Source of the DNA: Cyanobacteria bacterium P01_D01_bin.156
GTDB taxonomy: Bacteria; Cyanobacteriota; Cyanobacteriia; Phormidesmidales; Phormidesmidaceae
Reading direction: 5' to 3'
DNA length: 39,051 nucleotides
Assembly (NCBI GenBank): GCA_039024555.1
Contig: JBCCQQ010000060.1
Coordinates: forward strand, 1 to 39,051
The notes under the pieces are model-generated. The model saw only the letters and a list, made by a program, of their open reading frames with translations, did not search any database and was not told where the DNA came from. Numbering within the stretch: the first letter of the stretch is position 1; the number at the start of each line of letters is the position of its first letter. Of this stretch, positions 36,101-39,051 are shown piece by piece. The translations under genes and the position numbers were made by a program.

Positions 36101-36120
36101 GTTACACAAACAAGCCAATC

Positions 36121-36162
36121 AAAAGATGGAGATGCCAACTCAGTTGGCATCTCCATCTCTTT
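36121..36162. terminator. Bidirectional terminator between cysC and cpcF
   Basis: Perfect 17-bp inverted repeat AGATGGAGATGCCAACT-C-AGTTGGCATCTCCATCT (36124-36158) with A and T runs on its flanks, between convergent genes. Confidence 0.85.
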
Positions 36163-36192
36163 AAACGGCATCTTGTTGCTGGTTGTCGCAGG

Positions 36193-36825
36193 CTATCTAT
36201 TTTTCAGCTTGCTAAGAGCCCATTGAGCTCTAGCTTTTATCGCTAAGGTATTGTCCTGTTCACATAATCTTTCTAGACAGTGAACAATCGCGTTTATCTC
36301 CGTCAGCACTAGTCCGAGAGCTTCCAATCCTACTACGGCAGCGTAGCGCACCACCCACTCGTCATCTTGCGTAACTTTTAGAAGGCTATCTTGAGCACTT
36401 TGTTGTGCTTCAGAACGTGTTTGTGTTGCAATATCATTCCAGCGAATAGTTCCCAGACCTCGAGCTGCAGCTCGCCGTACACTCAAAGAAAAATCGTTAA
36501 CTGCCGCATCTAGCAACAGCGGTAGTCCTCTAGGATCGCCTATTCCTGCCAGAGCACGAATAGCCCAAGCCCGGGCGCCATAATTGTAACCATCTAGTTT
36601 CTCTAACAAAGTAGATACAGCAGGCACACCAATGTGAATCAATCCTTCGACAGCAGCCACTGCAGCCCCCGGATTGTTAAACCCCAATACCTGAATCAAT
36701 GTAGGAATTGCTCGCTCATCCTTGAGGTTTGCTAGGTCTTCTACTGCATCAAGTAAGCCTTGGGCTGAGTCTGCTTCATTGACTGCCTGCAAACAGGTCT
36801 CAAATGTTTTGACAGGAAGAACCAT
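36193..36825 (-). CDS. cpcF: Phycocyanin alpha-84 lyase subunit F
   Basis: HEAT repeats; LGFNNPGAAVAAV, DGYNYGARAWAIRALAGIGDPR, DFSLSVRRAAA; coupled to cpcE by TAATG. Confidence 0.95.
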   Translation of the reverse strand: MVLPVKTFETCLQAVNEADSAQGLLDAVEDLANLKDERAIPTLIQVLGFNNPGAAVAAVEGLIHIGVPAVSTLLEKLDGYNYGARAWAIRALAGIGDPRGLPLLLDAAVNDFSLSVRRAAARGLGTIRWNDIATQTRSEAQQSAQDSLLKVTQDDEWVVRYAAVVGLEALGLVLTEINAIVHCLERLCEQDNTLAIKARAQWALSKLKNR

Positions 36826-37670
36826 TACAGTAAACCATCCATCAACGCCATTACCCGACAGCTCTCATCTGATAAAGCGCCCATTGAGCTATTTAATTCA
36901 CGTTCTAGTACACCTTTTAGGGCAATTAATTTCATGCTGTTTTCTGCCAGGGTGTTGGCGATCGCATCCGCCCCGGCCAAATACCCCACAGCGCCTAAAT
37001 CCATCAAGGCCGCCCGCCGCAGCTGTAGCTGATCATCTTTGAGTACGGAAACTAGTCGCTCAGCATACTGAACATCTCCAGTTATTTGATACATTGCCCG
37101 GGCCGCTGCATTGCGAACTTGGGGGACATTGTGGTCTAGAAAAGGAGCAATCAGGTTACCTAACTCTTGAAGGTTGTTGTGACTATCATCCTTGCCTGCC
37201 AAGGTTCCCAAGGCTTCCAAGATTGCATTGTAGGGTTGCACTAGGTGAGGTTTACCCGGTACTGGGACAGCAGCTTCTACACCTCCATCCAGTAGTAAAA
37301 CTAAGGCGGGCACTGCTGCAAAATTGTCTAAACTCTCTAGGGCTTGGGCAGCTGTTTCTCTCACATAATAATCATCACAGCTGAGGCAATCGATTAAAGC
37401 CGTCACTACCCCATCAGAGCCTTGACCCACTTTGCCCAAAGCTCGGGCTGCATTTCTACGTAAAGGGTAGCCGCCATCTGGAGAGCGATCGCCCTCATCT
37501 TTCAACGCTATTAAAAGAGCCTCAATAGCATCAGGCTGGCGAACCCGCATCTTACCCAACCACCAGGCCGCATAGTATCGCAGTCCTGGGTCGGTGGTTT
37601 GATTGATATTAACTAATGCTTGGTCCACCGTTAGTGGTTGACCATCTGGATTATGGGGAATTCCACTCAC
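36825..37670 (-). CDS. cpcE: Phycocyanin alpha-84 lyase subunit E
   Basis: RYYAAWWLG, GGYPLRRNAARALG, DYYVRE.AAQ, LQLRR.ALMDLGA.GY, AENS.KLIALKG. Confidence 0.95.
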   Translation of the reverse strand: MSGIPHNPDGQPLTVDQALVNINQTTDPGLRYYAAWWLGKMRVRQPDAIEALLIALKDEGDRSPDGGYPLRRNAARALGKVGQGSDGVVTALIDCLSCDDYYVRETAAQALESLDNFAAVPALVLLLDGGVEAAVPVPGKPHLVQPYNAILEALGTLAGKDDSHNNLQELGNLIAPFLDHNVPQVRNAAARAMYQITGDVQYAERLVSVLKDDQLQLRRAALMDLGAVGYLAGADAIANTLAENSMKLIALKGVLERELNSSMGALSDESCRVMALMDGLL

Positions 37671-37726
37671 TGTTGGCGTTGGACAGATTGCCTATCTTCT
37701 ATTTAAAGAAAGTATAGATACAAAAA

Positions 37727-37781
37727 TCCCAGAGGAGAATAGAAACACCAGCTAACCTGGCGCTTGCAAACACCTCTGGGA
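37727..37781 (-). terminator. Stem-loop between cpcA and cpcE (partial terminator / mRNA stabiliser)
   Basis: TCCCAGAGG (37727-37735) pairs with CCTCTGGGA (37773-37781); inner CCAG/CTGG stem; T run follows on the minus strand. Confidence 0.6.
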
Positions 37782-37831
37782 AAACATTGAAACTTAACGG
37801 CAACAGATATGTCTGTAGGGCTAAGATTCAA

Positions 37832-38320
37832 CTAGCTAAGAGCGTTGATAGCATAGTCGATGTAAGCATTTGCTTCAGTAGCAGGCTGACCACTTAGACC
37901 ATGGCTAGCCTTGATGTACTTCAGCGCTTCGATGTACCAGCTGGGAGACAACTCGTAGGAACGGTTGATTTCATCTAGACCAGCTACCAAGTACTCATCC
38001 ATGGGACCAGTACCACCAGTGATTAGGCAGTAAGTAACCATGCGTAGGTAGTAGCCGATGTCACGTACACACTTGTCTTTACCACGCTGATCAGCCGCAA
38101 AGCTAGGGCCAGGAGTAGTCGTGGTGTAGGGGAACTTGGTGTAAACTGCCTGAGCAGCACCAGTGCATAGGCTGTCAGCCTTAGCAGTAAGGGACTTAGC
38201 CGCTTCCAAGCAAGCAGAAGCACGTTGGAAACGACCAAATGCAGACTGGATTTCAGTAGAACTTAGGAAACGACCTTGCGAATCAGCAGCAGATACTGCT
38301 TCGGTCAGAGGGGTTTTCAT
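37832..38320 (-). CDS. cpcA: Phycocyanin alpha subunit
   Basis: [18 protein letters not shown], chromophore Cys84 in [14 protein letters not shown], 162 aa. Confidence 0.98.
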   Translation of the reverse strand: MKTPLTEAVSAADSQGRFLSSTEIQSAFGRFQRASACLEAAKSLTAKADSLCTGAAQAVYTKFPYTTTTPGPSFAADQRGKDKCVRDIGYYLRMVTYCLITGGTGPMDEYLVAGLDEINRSYELSPSWYIEALKYIKASHGLSGQPATEANAYIDYAINALS

Positions 38321-38465
38321 TGCTTGAGATATCTCCCAATGTTTCTAAACAGGTGAACAGAAAAAGGAAGTCATTGATTAGAGAACTCTCTTCATCTGTC
38401 AATTACCAAACTCGCTAGTGACTTCCGAGTTATTAAAACTCGCAAAAACAACTTAGAGAGTTAGC

Positions 38466-38984
38466 TTAGGCAACAGCTGCTGCTGCACGATCAAAGTAGC
38501 CAGCAACTTCAGCCATCAGACTGGAACAGTCGCCAGGAGTAATGCCATTGGAATCGCCAGCGATCGCAATAGCAGCTTCCTTCATCTTCTGAACGCCAAC
38601 GGCAACGGAAGCACCGGGGGTACCTAGAGCTAGGTAAGTCTCGCGCAGACCGTTCAAGCAACGATCATCGAGAACGCTAGCATCGCCAGTGAAAATAGCG
38701 TAAGTCACATAGCGAAGAATGATTTCCATATCGCGCAAGCAAGCAGCGTTACGGCGGCTAGTGTAAGCATTGCCACCGGGCGCGATCAGGGAAGGCTGCT
38801 CGGCAAACAAAGAACGAGCGGCATTAGTTACGATAGCGGACGCATTACCAGTAATACGGTTAACGGTATCCATACGCTTGTTGCTATCAGCAACCATGGC
38901 AGATAGCGCGTCCAATTGAGCACTGCTGAGATATTCGCCTCTTGCATCAGCCTGGGAGACGACCTTAGCAAACGCATCAAACAT
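38466..38984 (-). CDS. cpcB: Phycocyanin beta subunit
   Basis: [36 protein letters not shown] (Cys82), GDCSSL (Cys153), 172 aa; AGGAG RBS. Confidence 0.98.
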   Translation of the reverse strand: MFDAFAKVVSQADARGEYLSSAQLDALSAMVADSNKRMDTVNRITGNASAIVTNAARSLFAEQPSLIAPGGNAYTSRRNAACLRDMEIILRYVTYAIFTGDASVLDDRCLNGLRETYLALGTPGASVAVGVQKMKEAAIAIAGDSNGITPGDCSSLMAEVAGYFDRAAAAVA

Positions 38985-39051
38985 AGATTGACTCTCCTAA
39001 ATTTGATTCGTCGAAGTAAGTTTCCAAAAAAAGTGGGGACGAGAACCCGTC

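Larger units (their letters stand above)
6074..38567. repeat. Dispersed HIP1 octamers (GCGATCGC)
   Basis: Seen at about 6074, 8274, 8470, 11205, 12524, 13645, 16075, 16829, 20204, 28411, 32592, 34732, 36958, 37485 and 38560; typical cyanobacterial genome signature. Confidence 0.9.

Noticed and set aside
9..38238. Numerous 60-160 aa ORFs overlapping the called genes in other frames or strands
   Set aside because: Shadow ORFs of well-supported CDSs, with no motifs.
33621..38984. Functional link between sulfur-assimilation genes and a sulfur-sparing phycocyanin
   Set aside because: These CpcA/CpcB retain several non-chromophore Cys/Met residues, and the two units converge on a terminator.

Overview
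A 39 kb chromosomal segment from a cyanobacterium: it carries a phycocyanin cpcBA-cpcEF operon, GUN4/DUF29/Uma2 family genes and about 15 HIP1 octamers (GCGATCGC). The right end is housekeeping (Lrp/LysE, TldD/TldE, AI-2E permease, SLC13 permease, cysC, cpcFEAB). The left and middle are accessory-rich. They hold an intact REP-associated tyrosine transposase (RAYT) between inverted REP palindromes, a TIR-GUN4 protein, an exported GH3 glucosidase, a Spy-like protein with a NarL-type two-component system, a divergent SRAP/DUF952 pair, a PIN toxin-antitoxin pair and a truncated second RAYT. Two loci stand out as candidate uncharacterised systems. (1) 21732-25944 is an AT-rich three-gene operon (winged-helix-like protein, P-loop ATPase, DUF1802-like/PD-(D/E)XK nuclease fusion) with no methyltransferase, set among mobile and nuclease genes; it is a candidate anti-phage system. 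(2) 8772-12973 is an RNA-repair cluster: a kinase-metallophosphatase-Rnl1-type ligase fusion with no Hen1 partner in the window, followed by DUF29 and RtcB. All family calls come from reading motifs by eye; no searches were run.
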